Shown here: piece after piece, positions 9,448-19,000 of the stretch
Numbering within the stretch: position 1 is the stretch's first letter
Layout: the number at the start of each line of letters is the position of its first letter
Program-made: the position numbers and the translations under genes
Origin: Candidatus Bathyarchaeia archaeon
GTDB taxonomy: Archaea; Thermoproteota; Bathyarchaeia; Bathyarchaeales; Bathycorpusculaceae
Assembly (NCBI GenBank): GCA_038848695.1
Contig: JAWCNL010000008.1
Coordinates: forward strand, 26,353-90,352
Reading direction: 5' to 3'
DNA: 64,000 nucleotides
Notes under the pieces: generated by a model
The model's database searches: none
Seen by the model: the letters and a program-made list of their open reading frames with translations, nothing else
Told to the model about the DNA's origin: nothing

Positions 9448-11982
9448 ATGAACTTTGGAAAAGACAAAACTAAGGCTATACTCGCTACATTTCTAGTGTT
9501 ATCTTTTGGAGTAACATTGATTGCCTTGCCAATTGCTAACGCACATTCGCCACCGTGGAAAATAACTACGCACGCCTTTCTTACCGTTAACCCCAACCCT
9601 GTGGGTGTGGGTCAACGCGTGGTCATCGTAGCGTGGGCAGGCTTAGTCTTGCCAAGCGCAGTAGTAACTAATGACATACGCTTCCATGACTACAAAGTTA
9701 CTATCACAAGACCTGACGGAGAAACCGAAACAATAACATGGGACGTTGTTTGGGACACGACATCAACAGCATGGGCTGAGTACATACCTACCCAAGTTGG
9801 CACGTACTCTTTCGTGTTTAGCTATCCTGATCAAATATACAATTGGAGCGGCACTTATCAAAATGATATTTTCCTAGGCGCCACAAGCAAAACAATATAC
9901 CTTACCGTACAGGAAGAGCAGTTGCCTAATCCTATAACTAGCTATCCCTTGCCAACAGAATATTGGACACGCCCAATAGAAGGACAGAATACAGATTGGT
10001 ACAAGATTGCATCACATTGGCTGGGTTATACGCACCCTTCAATTTACAGAATGGTTCAACCTGACGGCACAGCGCCTAACAGTGCACATATCATGTGGAC
10101 GAAGCGTATTGACGAGGGAGGCGTCGTCGGAGGAAGCAACACTGGTATAGAAGGCAACATGTTCTATAGCGGATCAGCATACAACCCTAGATTCGCTGCG
10201 CCAATAATAATGAACGGGCTGCTCTTCTACGAGTTGCCACTGATGAATGCAGGCACTGGCGGCGGATGGATGTGTGTTGACCTACGTACTGGCAAAGAAA
10301 TATGGTATAACGACAAAATGGGTGTTGACTCGACTTGGCCAAGCCCTTCATTCGGTTACCTCTATGCATGTGACACCGAGAACCAACACGGCGTCATCCC
10401 CAGAGGCATCTTATTCTCAAGCAACTTTGGTACAGCATATGACCCATGGACAGGACAAAGACTATTCAATGTAACCAATGTCCCTTCAGGCACAGCAGCA
10501 GTCGGACCAAAAGGCGAGATACTGCGCTACCAAATAGACCTAAGAAACGGCTGGCTTGCTCAATGGAACTCTTCTAGACTGTGGACTACATCTGGAGCTG
10601 GTTGGACTCCAGACTGGAACGTAACAAGAGGATGGGTAAACGCGAGCACAGCATCACGCTATGACTGGAACGTAACAATACCAACAACTATACCGACGTC
10701 GACTTCCCCATACTTCGCTATATGCGATGACATACTGCTTGGCAGTAGCAGCTTCGCTGGCCCCTCAGGCATCGGAACTCCAGATCCTTATACCATGTGG
10801 GCTATAAGTCTGAAGCCAGACTCAAGAGGAACACTGTTATGGATCAAGAATTATTCAGCACCACCAGAAAACATCACTCGCTTCTTACAGGTAGTGGACA
10901 AAGTGAATCGCGTCACAATTTTCCTAGACAAAGAAACTTTCCAATTTTCGGGCTATAGCATTGATAACGGAGAAAAACTATGGGAAACAACACCACCCGC
11001 AAATATGTCTGATTTCTCGTACTTTGATGTGACTCATGCAGCAGTATTCACTACAGCCGCCTATGGCCGCCTTTATCATAGCGGTTGGGGCGGGGTACTC
11101 TACTGCTACGACACGAAAAACGGAAATCTACTGTGGACTTACGGTAACGGTGGCGAGGGCAATAGTACATTCGGCGGTCTTCAAACACCTTGGGGTAACT
11201 ATCCCATCTTTATAGCTTCCATCGCAGACGGCAAAGTCTTCTTATTTAGTGGTGAGCACTCTCCCAACACGCCGCTCTACAAAGGTTGGAAAATAAGAGC
11301 TGTTAACGCTACTAATGGTGAAGAATTATGGACTCTACTTGGATCCATGGGTTATCCCCCACGTTCCTACTATCCTGTCGCCGAAGGTTTCATTGTTTAC
11401 CATAATATGTACGACGGACAACTATACTGTATCGGCAAGGGTCCAAGTGCCACGACGGTTACAGCATCACCAAAGATTTCAACACATGGCAACAAAATAC
11501 TGGTAGAAGGAACAGTTATTGACATTTCCCCAGGCACAAAACAGGATGCACAAGCAGCACGTTTCCCGCATGGTATTCCTGCTGTTAGCGACGAGAGCAT
11601 GGCTGAGTGGATGGAGTACGTTTACATGCAGAAGCCTAAGCCAGTGGACGTTAAGGGCGTTGAGGTAGTCATTGAAGTGCTTGACCCGAACGGCAACTAC
11701 TATGAAGTGGCTAGAGCAACAAGCGACTCTAACGGCTTTTACAGCGCCACATTCACGCCGCCAGTCCCAGGCAAATACACCGTCATCGCCCGTTTTGCCG
11801 GCTCGGAGTCTTATTGGCCTTCGCATGCTGAAACTGCCATATACGTTGAGGAAGCGCCGCCAGCAACGCCGGAAGCCACGCCGACGCCTCAGGAGCCCTT
11901 AGGAACGTACTTTGCCCTTTCGACCGTTGCCATAATCGCCGCTATCGTGCTTGTTGGGCTTCTGATGTTTAGGAAGCGATAG
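9448..11982 (+). CDS. Secreted PQQ-like beta-propeller repeat protein with a Pro/Thr linker and C-terminal TM anchor
   Basis: N-terminal signal peptide (LVLSFGVTLIALPIANA). Repeated motifs of the form D..TG/NG..LW (DLRTGKEIWY, SIDNGEKLWET, DTKNGNLLWTY, NATNGEELWT). Many N-x-S/T sequons. The C-terminus is PPATPEATPTPQEP followed by a hydrophobic helix and RKR. Confidence 0.8.
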   Translation: MNFGKDKTKAILATFLVLSFGVTLIALPIANAHSPPWKITTHAFLTVNPNPVGVGQRVVIVAWAGLVLPSAVVTNDIRFHDYKVTITRPDGETETITWDVVWDTTSTAWAEYIPTQVGTYSFVFSYPDQIYNWSGTYQNDIFLGATSKTIYLTVQEEQLPNPITSYPLPTEYWTRPIEGQNTDWYKIASHWLGYTHPSIYRMVQPDGTAPNSAHIMWTKRIDEGGVVGGSNTGIEGNMFYSGSAYNPRFAAPIIMNGLLFYELPLMNAGTGGGWMCVDLRTGKEIWYNDKMGVDSTWPSPSFGYLYACDTENQHGVIPRGILFSSNFGTAYDPWTGQRLFNVTNVPSGTAAVGPKGEILRYQIDLRNGWLAQWNSSRLWTTSGAGWTPDWNVTRGWVNASTASRYDWNVTIPTTIPTSTSPYFAICDDILLGSSSFAGPSGIGTPDPYTMWAISLKPDSRGTLLWIKNYSAPPENITRFLQVVDKVNRVTIFLDKETFQFSGYSIDNGEKLWETTPPANMSDFSYFDVTHAAVFTTAAYGRLYHSGWGGVLYCYDTKNGNLLWTYGNGGEGNSTFGGLQTPWGNYPIFIASIADGKVFLFSGEHSPNTPLYKGWKIRAVNATNGEELWTLLGSMGYPPRSYYPVAEGFIVYHNMYDGQLYCIGKGPSATTVTASPKISTHGNKILVEGTVIDISPGTKQDAQAARFPHGIPAVSDESMAEWMEYVYMQKPKPVDVKGVEVVIEVLDPNGNYYEVARATSDSNGFYSATFTPPVPGKYTVIARFAGSESYWPSHAETAIYVEEAPPATPEATPTPQEPLGTYFALSTVAIIAAIVLVGLLMFRKR

Positions 11983-12014
11983 TCATGCTGGCGCAGAGCA
12001 AAACTCATTCCCCC

Positions 12015-12020
12015 TTTTTT
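12015..12020 (+). terminator. Oligo-T run downstream of the propeller-protein gene
   Basis: cccccTTTTTTgg lies about 35 nt after the stop codon. Archaeal RNA polymerase terminates at oligo-T. Confidence 0.3.
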
Positions 12021-12341
12021 GGATTATCTGGCTGTTCAGGCTTGGAGGGGCTGAGTGGGCTTTGGGCTTAGAAGCGTTTGTAGCCGCAATAAGTTCATTC
12101 TCCTATTCTCCTTTAGTTTGGCGCCCAACGCCCCAGCAAACCTCTTTGTCATGTGATTCTCTCAACTGATGGTGTTGCGCCGCTTTTATTTTATTCGAAG
12201 GAGATCCGCAAACGTTTAGCTACAAGGCTTGTTTAGTAGAGGCTTGTGGTTAATTATTGTTTTCGTCTTTAAACTTGGATAAGCGAAATAGATTAACGGC
12301 TTTATACCCAAAATGAATGGTTAATTTTCCATAAGTTTTCC

Positions 12342-12899
12342 TTATGGTTTTGTTGCTGTCTTTAGGACAAAGACTCCTGTGGTGACTTGGCAGCTTGAGC
12401 TTATTAGGAATAGTGGCTCGAAACCAATTTGGCTGACTATTATTGTTGATGTGACCGCAGCTATGGCTTCAGCGACGTCATAAGCTGACTCGAAAGTGCC
12501 TAAAAGGAATCCACGTTTGTCTTTCTCGCTTGCGTCTATGATGAAAGCCAGAAGCGCTGGTCGCTGGAGTGCATAGGCGATTGCAAAGAATAATTCTACA
12601 AAATACAACTGGAATATGTTCGTTACAACAGTGTAAGCGAGAGTGCATGCGGCGCCAAGCATGAGTCCTGAAAAGAAAATTTTCTCCTTACCGTATAGGT
12701 CAACAAGCTTGCCTGCTGGCGCCTTAACAAGCGCAGCCGTCAAAAGAATAACCGTGTATAATAAGCCTACGTCTATAAGTGATGCGGAGAAACGGTTAAC
12801 AACAAATATGGGGTAAACTGGACCCAGCAGTCCCACTCCTAAAGAACTGAGCGAGCCCACTGTAATTAATGGCAAGAGCCTTTTTTTCTGCATATGCAT
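12342..12899 (-). CDS. Half-length MFS-type transporter (6 TM), possibly truncated
   Basis: 185 aa with MFS N-domain features (G..VDLYGKEK loop between TM2 and TM3). The downstream 340 bp has stops in all frames, so no C-domain remains. Confidence 0.5.
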   Translation of the reverse strand: MHMQKKRLLPLITVGSLSSLGVGLLGPVYPIFVVNRFSASLIDVGLLYTVILLTAALVKAPAGKLVDLYGKEKIFFSGLMLGAACTLAYTVVTNIFQLYFVELFFAIAYALQRPALLAFIIDASEKDKRGFLLGTFESAYDVAEAIAAVTSTIIVSQIGFEPLFLISSSCQVTTGVFVLKTATKP

Positions 12900-13112
12900 T
12901 TCTCCTTTCCGGTAAGCTGCATATGCTTCTTAGACTGCACGGGTCCATTTTCGGGTCAGTTTGCCTCCACAAAATGAATTAGGTAAAAGTAAGAAAGATA
13001 AATTTTTCTCAGCGGCAATCCGAAGTCCTCGCTTAAAGGATAAAAAAGGCATTTTGCGTTGTTTTCTGTTACTCTCTATGATTATCTGATGCTCAGTGTG
13101 TCCGCTGCTGTT

Positions 13113-13424
13113 TTAAAAGCCAAATATTGTTTTCTCTTTCTTTTTTTCGCCATGCTCCTGGTGCTCATTTTCATCTTCTGCGAGTATGTGATGTGCAACA
13201 TGGATGCCTAAGCCCGTGGCTGCGCCTGCTGCAAGACCAAGTAACGTTTCAATTAGCCACTCATACTTGTTAAGCAGCGCCGCTATGACGAGTACATCGA
13301 AGATTATTGCGATGGCGAGGTAGCCGTAGCACCATGTTTTGATGCTTGTTCCTCTTGGCTGTGTTATGCCTATGCCAGCGAGCGCACCGAACATTACTAA
13401 AAATCCTATCAAAGCGTAAATCAA
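13113..13424 (-). CDS. Small membrane protein with a His/Glu-rich tail
   Basis: 103 aa with three hydrophobic helices and the tail AEDENEHQEHGEKKKEK. Confidence 0.5.
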   Translation of the reverse strand: MIYALIGFLVMFGALAGIGITQPRGTSIKTWCYGYLAIAIIFDVLVIAALLNKYEWLIETLLGLAAGAATGLGIHVAHHILAEDENEHQEHGEKKKEKTIFGF

Positions 13425-13562
13425 TTGTTCTCCCTCATGATGTAGGCTAATGTTTTAGTTTCGCGTGCTTAATAGCTTATCTGCTCGCATACCGCTTTTA
13501 AGTTAAAAATGCGCGTAAACCATTAACTTTTTTTACCATTACTGAGGTGATAACCTCTAAGG

Positions 13563-15647
13563 TTGGTTACATCCTTGGTTAAGTTTGATAAAAGGAATTG
13601 CCACAAATGGGCTTTGCTGCTCCGTGAGAGACGAGAAAAACTCGATCAAGCGTTGGCTGCCATAGGCCGCGGAGATTTTGACGGTGCCAGACGCTTGTTT
13701 TCCGAAGTCTTTTACGGCGTTTCAGGAAAGCGCGCTGATCCCGGCATGGCTGGCTCTCTCCTGTATCATATGGCTATGGTCACAAAGATGGAAACGGAAA
13801 CGCGCTTACTTCTAAATGAGCTACGCCTAGCTCCGCCAGACATCGCTGAGGCTTTATCGCGTTTTACCGAAGAGTTCGTTTCTGACATGTATGAGCTTAC
13901 AAAAACAATTGTGCCAATTAATTTTGATTCGCATGCTGTTGCTATTAAAGCAAGTTTAAACAGCGATGAAAAAATTGATTTATTTACCAAATTAAACAAA
14001 AAAGCCAAGGCGTTAGAAGCCATGCTTGCCAACAAGCAAGCTGAAGCAAGTAAGCAGCTTGAGGACTTGTTCTCTGAATGGGCGCAGTATATCGCTGAGA
14101 TGCGTTTGCGGCAAGAATATGAAACCATTAAGGGCTTCCTAATTACCGCTGCTCTTGCAAAGGCTGTGGGCATCCAGCGTCTAAAAGGTGCCATGATAAA
14201 GGTGCAAGAAAGATTCGGCGAAGAAACCGTTCGCATTGCTTTAAATGTGACGCTGAAGGTTGGCATGCGCAGGGAAAAGCTTCAATCCGTCATGCTAAGC
14301 GACCACTACATCAATTATATGATGAGCATGGAGCAGCTGGACGGTCGCATGCAGTTCTTAAACTGCCCAATCTTTGGCAGCCACAAGCGCATCTCCGAGG
14401 AATCAGGTATAAGCAGTGAAGTTGCATCTCTCTTCTGTACCCATTTCTGTTTTGCCCATGCGAAAGCCATGCTAAACACAGTTCTCCCATTCACGTTTGA
14501 GCTGTGGCAGCCTCGGCAAATAGCCGACGACGGAATGTGCGAGTTTTACCTTAAACTTGCCTACTCGCCTGCAGCGGCAGCTACGGCAGAAAAACATGTT
14601 CCGCTTGTTTTGTCTTGGAACTTCACTAGAAAATGCAACTTGAAATGCGCTCATTGCTACATAAACGCCACCGCACAGGAACTCACGGATGAGCTAACCA
14701 CTGAGGAGTCGAAGCGGCTAATAGATCAAATCTGCGAAGTCAGCAGGCCGCTGCTCATCTTAAGCGGGGGTGAACCTCTTTTGCGCCCCGACGTTTACGA
14801 AATCATCAGGTACGGCGCTTCTAAAGGGTTAAAGATGGGCTTAGGCAGCAACGGTAGCCTCATCAACGATGTAGCGGCAAGGCTGCTTAAAGAAGCGGGC
14901 ATAGCAACGGTCTCAATCAGTTTGGATTCGCATATACCAGAGCAGCATGACGAGTTCCGCGGTGTAGCGGGTTCATGGGAGAAAGCCGTCGGCGCCATCA
15001 AAGCCCTGCGCGAAAACGGCGTGCTTGTCCAAGTGAACACGACGGTGACGCAGCAGAATTACAATCAAATCGATGAGATCATGTCGCTTGCGGAATCATT
15101 GGGTGTGGAAAACTTTCACTTGTTCTTTCTGGTGCCCACGGGCAGAGGCGCCAAAATCGCTGACATATCTCCTGCTAAATATGAAAGCATGATTAAGGAG
15201 GCGTTTGCCAAGGCGGCTAGGCATAAACTTAATGTGCGGCCTTCGTGTGCGCCCCAATTCATGCGGATAGCAAAGGACATGGGCTTGGATATGCGACAGT
15301 GGATTAGAGGCTGCATTGCTGGTTTGTACTACTGCCGTGTTTACGCAAATGGCGCTGTTACGCCATGCCCGTATCTTCCAATTAAACTTGGCAATGTCCG
15401 CGAGAAGTCTTTCAAGGAAATATGGTTTGGCTCAGATATGTTCAAGGCTTTGCGGGACTTTAATGCTTTGAAAGGCAAATGCGGCATCTGCGAGTATAAA
15501 GCGCTATGCGGCGGTTGCCGTGCACGTGCATATGGGCTTTCAAGCGATTTCATAGACTACTGCGGCGATCTACATGAACCCGCGGAAGTGAAAGGCAATT
15601 ATCTGGCTGAAGATCCATGGTGTATTTATCAGCCAGAAAAGCACTGA
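13563..15647 (+). CDS. Radical SAM/SPASM-domain enzyme (NirJ/AhbC/AhbD-like core) with an N-terminal extension of about 340 aa
   Basis: CNLKCAHC (CxxxCxxC) cluster motif, SGGEPLL, FFLVPTGRG, and a C-terminal Cys-rich SPASM-like CGICEYKALCGGCRARAY. The N-terminal part is helical with an FCTHFCFAH...CEFY segment. TTG start, so the true start is uncertain. Confidence 0.8.
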   Translation: MVTSLVKFDKRNCHKWALLLRERREKLDQALAAIGRGDFDGARRLFSEVFYGVSGKRADPGMAGSLLYHMAMVTKMETETRLLLNELRLAPPDIAEALSRFTEEFVSDMYELTKTIVPINFDSHAVAIKASLNSDEKIDLFTKLNKKAKALEAMLANKQAEASKQLEDLFSEWAQYIAEMRLRQEYETIKGFLITAALAKAVGIQRLKGAMIKVQERFGEETVRIALNVTLKVGMRREKLQSVMLSDHYINYMMSMEQLDGRMQFLNCPIFGSHKRISEESGISSEVASLFCTHFCFAHAKAMLNTVLPFTFELWQPRQIADDGMCEFYLKLAYSPAAAATAEKHVPLVLSWNFTRKCNLKCAHCYINATAQELTDELTTEESKRLIDQICEVSRPLLILSGGEPLLRPDVYEIIRYGASKGLKMGLGSNGSLINDVAARLLKEAGIATVSISLDSHIPEQHDEFRGVAGSWEKAVGAIKALRENGVLVQVNTTVTQQNYNQIDEIMSLAESLGVENFHLFFLVPTGRGAKIADISPAKYESMIKEAFAKAARHKLNVRPSCAPQFMRIAKDMGLDMRQWIRGCIAGLYYCRVYANGAVTPCPYLPIKLGNVREKSFKEIWFGSDMFKALRDFNALKGKCGICEYKALCGGCRARAYGLSSDFIDYCGDLHEPAEVKGNYLAEDPWCIYQPEKH

Positions 15648-15834
15648 AAAATTGTTTATCTGGCAAAGCGTGTACTTGCATCTCATGCAGAAACTTATTT
15701 AAGCAGTATAATGCACCACAATAAAAGTTTGGGAGTGCACTTTAAAGTGGATCTTGGCAGCCCGCAAGCGCTCGCGTCATCGGCAGGGTGCCTGTGGATG
15801 GCCGAAAAAGAACGCCGAATAGAAGGAGAAAAAG

Positions 15835-16017
15835 ATGAACGGGCATCACATCGCTTACTGCCAATTCGATTTTTCAGAAGCGATAGCGCTCCACAAAGTT
15901 GTAGCACCCGGCCTTAACTCAATCAATTTCTTGTTGCATAATCTTTCCAATTTTCTTGCTATGCGTGTTTTTCTTTCCTTAATTGCATTAGAATTCAGCG
16001 GGAGAACTGAAGCATGA
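15835..16017 (+). CDS. Small hydrophobic protein translationally coupled to the MgtE-like gene
   Basis: An AGGAG Shine-Dalgarno sequence sits about 8 nt upstream of ATG 15835. The stop TGA overlaps ATG 16014 (ATGA). The C-terminal half is hydrophobic. Confidence 0.4.
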   Translation: MNGHHIAYCQFDFSEAIALHKVVAPGLNSINFLLHNLSNFLAMRVFLSLIALEFSGRTEA

Positions 16018-17213
16018 CGCACGCAGGCGCAACAAAAAGTTTCTTGGGAATGTTCAAAGAAACATCTTTAGCTTATTTCTTTGATATAGGCGGAATATTC
16101 GCAGGCTTTATGGTTGCCTCTCAACTGGACATTTTTCAGCTTTCGCCATGGGCTATAGCACTTTATCCAGCGGTTGTCAGCGCGAAAGGCGTCATCGGCG
16201 GCTTGCTTAGCGGCAGGTTAGGCACAGCCTTGCATCTTGGCATAGTTTATCCACGATTTTTTAAGAATACAAAGAACTTTTATGAATTAATTCAAGCTCT
16301 AATCGTTATAACTTTGGTCACAAGCGTCGCAATGAGTTGCATTTCCTTAGTTTTTGGTTACCTATTTTGGGAGATAACATTCGCTGATTTTCCAGCTATT
16401 CTATCAGTTGTTTTGGCAACTATGGCTTTAGGTCTGGTTATTACCTTGCTGACGATTAAGGTGGCTTTTATCTCATTTCAGCGAGGCTTAGACCCTGACA
16501 TCGTGGTTTACCCCGTAATGTCCACCACAGCGGACATTATCATAACACTCTTCTATATTGCAGTGCTTAACATATTCTTCTTCGGTTTTATAGGTCCATG
16601 GATAATTGCCGCGATAGCTTTAGTTCACGTCCTACTTTGCTTCTATATTCTGCCTAAGAACTTACACCAACTTGAGTTTGTAAAAACCATCAGAGAATCT
16701 ATAGCTACCTTGCTATTTGTAGCTTTCATCGTTAACGTAACCGGCACCGTTCTCAAGGATATTAGTAATTTTGTGGAGAACCGCAAAGAGGTCTATACAG
16801 TTTATCCTACTTTGATTGACATGGTTGGTGATGTGGGCTCCGTAGTTGGTTCCACCGCTACAACAAAACTTGCCTTAGGCTTACTTTCACCATCTTTCTC
16901 TTCAATCCGAAACCATGCAAAGAATATTTTCAGCGCTTGGTCAGCTTCAATTATGATGTTCGTTATCTTGACAATTTTGTCTCTGACAATGCTTGGAATG
17001 TTTTCATTAACCTCTTTTCTAAGTCTTCTTTTAATCCTGCTGATTGCCAACGTTATTGCTGTAGCTGCAATTATGATTGTATCTTACGCAGTTTCAATAT
17101 TAACCTTTAGTAAGGGGCTAGATCCAGACAACTTTGTTATTCCCATAGAGAGCTCTCTTGCCGACAGCCTAACCACCGTTGCCTTGCTAATAGCTTTGCT
17201 CATGATAGGCTGA
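16014..17213 (+). CDS. Divalent-cation transporter with a duplicated MgtE-like membrane domain (SLC41/COG1824-like)
   Basis: Two internal repeats each end in the MgtE signature (GLDPDIVVYPVMSTTADII and GLDPDNFVIPIESSLADSL). No cytosolic MgtE N-domain. Confidence 0.7.
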   Translation: MTHAGATKSFLGMFKETSLAYFFDIGGIFAGFMVASQLDIFQLSPWAIALYPAVVSAKGVIGGLLSGRLGTALHLGIVYPRFFKNTKNFYELIQALIVITLVTSVAMSCISLVFGYLFWEITFADFPAILSVVLATMALGLVITLLTIKVAFISFQRGLDPDIVVYPVMSTTADIIITLFYIAVLNIFFFGFIGPWIIAAIALVHVLLCFYILPKNLHQLEFVKTIRESIATLLFVAFIVNVTGTVLKDISNFVENRKEVYTVYPTLIDMVGDVGSVVGSTATTKLALGLLSPSFSSIRNHAKNIFSAWSASIMMFVILTILSLTMLGMFSLTSFLSLLLILLIANVIAVAAIMIVSYAVSILTFSKGLDPDNFVIPIESSLADSLTTVALLIALLMIG

Positions 17214-17273
17214 TAAAAGTATAATTAAAATATTTCATGGATCAATATATAGTGCGGGGCGTCTCTTAAAGGA

Positions 17274-17885
17274 ATGCCAAAATTTGAAAAAATAGAATAC
17301 AAGCCTATCCCTGTCCGCGAGCTTTTACTGGAGATGAAAAATCTCTCCGAGCTTATGATTGATTTGGCTTATTCTGCAGCCTTATTTAACGACCACGATC
17401 TTGCTGAAGACGTTTTGGAGCTAGAGAGCCGCATTGACAATTTGGCTTACCTTCTGGATATAGAAATTATGATTGCAGCCAGAGATGCAAAGGATGCGGA
17501 AAGCCTGATAGGTGTTTCTACAGTAGCCGCTGCCGCAGATAAAATTTCTGATGCTGCTGCTGATATTGCGGCTATAGTAACGCGTAAAATCGGCGTACAC
17601 CCAATTGTTGGCGAGATTTTTGAAAAGGTTGAAGAGCGCTTAATGAAAGCCACGGTTAAAGAAGATTCCGTGATAATTGGAAAGCAGATAGGTGAACTTA
17701 ATTTAGCGCCGAAAATGGGCGTTGACATAATTGCCATCCGCCGCAACAAAGATTGGATAATAAATCCCAGCAAAGCTGAGCGTATATTTCTAGGAGATGT
17801 TCTGATAACACGAGGCGCCCCGCTTGGCATCAGCGAATTCAAGAAGCTAGTTGAGGGGCAATCAAAAGCGGAGGTCTCTATATGA
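17274..17885 (+). CDS. PhoU-like plus TrkA-C (RCK-C) domain regulatory protein
   Basis: N-terminal helical PhoU-like region (ELMIDLAYSA...DAAADIA), followed by a TrkA-C-like segment (GKQIGELNL...GDVLITRG). Confidence 0.65.
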   Translation: MPKFEKIEYKPIPVRELLLEMKNLSELMIDLAYSAALFNDHDLAEDVLELESRIDNLAYLLDIEIMIAARDAKDAESLIGVSTVAAAADKISDAAADIAAIVTRKIGVHPIVGEIFEKVEERLMKATVKEDSVIIGKQIGELNLAPKMGVDIIAIRRNKDWIINPSKAERIFLGDVLITRGAPLGISEFKKLVEGQSKAEVSI

Positions 17886-18475
17886 CTGAGCTGAAGCGAT
17901 TCGAAGAAATTGTGGAACGCTTTGTTGAGCTAAAGAATACCTCGGAGCTCATGATTGATTTAGCTTACTCTTCGCTTATGTTGAACAGTAAAGAATTAGC
18001 AGAGGAAGTGCAGCGTCTCGAGGAATATGTGGATCAGTTGCATACCGATTTTGAACTTTTGACTTTAACAAGCGATTTTAAAAAAGAAGAGGCACCTGGC
18101 TTTTTAGGGCTTATCCGGCTTGGAGTGGCAACTGAAAAAATTGCAGACGCTGCAGCTGAAATAGCTGAGGTTGTCTTAAGAGGTATCGAACCGCATCCTA
18201 TATTAAAATTAACCATACGCGAAGCAGAGGAAACTGTTACCCAAGTCTGTGTTACAGCGGGTTCGCCGCTTGTGAATAGAACTCTAAGAGAGGCACGGGT
18301 GCATGAAGAAACGGGCATGTGGGTCCTCGTTATAAGACGAGGTGAAAAAAGTTTGCGCCCGCGGCCTGATACTGTTATTCAGATAGGCGATATTTTGCTT
18401 GCTTCAGGCTACGCTGAAGGCGTTGAGGACCTCAAAAAGCTTGCTTCGCCAGAGCAAGTCTGCAATCTTGAGTAG
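17882..18475 (+). CDS. PhoU-like plus TrkA-C domain regulatory protein (paralogue of the preceding gene)
   Basis: Same architecture (ELMIDLAYSS..., GDILLASG). The start overlaps the previous stop (ATGA). Confidence 0.65.
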   Translation: MTELKRFEEIVERFVELKNTSELMIDLAYSSLMLNSKELAEEVQRLEEYVDQLHTDFELLTLTSDFKKEEAPGFLGLIRLGVATEKIADAAAEIAEVVLRGIEPHPILKLTIREAEETVTQVCVTAGSPLVNRTLREARVHEETGMWVLVIRRGEKSLRPRPDTVIQIGDILLASGYAEGVEDLKKLASPEQVCNLE

Positions 18476-18532
18476 CTCAGATACTTATCTCAAATTCATT
18501 AATACTATAAGCATGTAGCTTGCAATTTTTCT

Positions 18533-18922
18533 GTGGGAGGGTTAGCTATCTCCAAGCTTGAAGAGAAACCCCGCAGAAGTAGTGCATATACTTGCCCGAA
18601 TGTTTCTTGCGGCAGAGTTTTCACTAAACCTATTAAAGTTTTAAATCTGCAACAAGCCTCCCAAGCGCCATATGATGCATGTCCATTTTGTTTTACTGAA
18701 ATAGCGATTAAAGATGAAATGCCTGTTTTGGTTGATGAAGCCAAAGAAACAGTGGCTGAAGAAAAAATGCCTGCAGAAGGTCACGTTGAAACTTATGAGA
18801 AACCTTCTGGGTGCAGTTACTACTTGGGTTATTTAAGTGAAAGGTCTTCTAAGGACAAGATTCCAGATGAATGCATGATGTGCAGAAATATCGTTGAGTG
18901 TATGTTGAAGAAAGCGAAGTAG
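18533..18922 (+). CDS. Hypothetical zinc-ribbon protein
   Basis: CPNVSC...CPFC ribbon plus a C-terminal C..YYLGYL...IPDECMMCRNIVEC motif. Confidence 0.5.
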   Translation: MGGLAISKLEEKPRRSSAYTCPNVSCGRVFTKPIKVLNLQQASQAPYDACPFCFTEIAIKDEMPVLVDEAKETVAEEKMPAEGHVETYEKPSGCSYYLGYLSERSSKDKIPDECMMCRNIVECMLKKAK

Positions 18923-19000
18923 GTATGTCTCGCCGTGATACACACACTTTCTTTTAAGCAGTTACTCGTTTTTCTAAAGAATAGTTAGGAGACGCTGTTA

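Noticed and set aside
13766-14266. Antisense ORFs of 100-190 aa inside well-supported genes, for example 13766-14266, 17447-17842, 27072-27641, 31185-31586, 36132-36494 and 45777-46154.
   Set aside because: Each lies opposite a gene with clear family motifs. Their compositions are Ser/Ala/Arg-rich, as expected for antisense frames.
15648-15834. Possible Mg-sensing (M-box-like) riboswitch upstream of the MgtE-like transporter.
   Set aside because: I could not recognise any M-box conserved core, and M-box is a bacterial class. It is kept only as an unexplained ORF-poor leader within another finding.
15695-15917. 68- to 70-aa ORFs on both strands in the spacer before the MgtE-like gene.
   Set aside because: They have no ribosome-binding sites, overlap each other and have Arg/Ser-rich products. 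Only the downstream 15835-16017 ORF has supporting signals.
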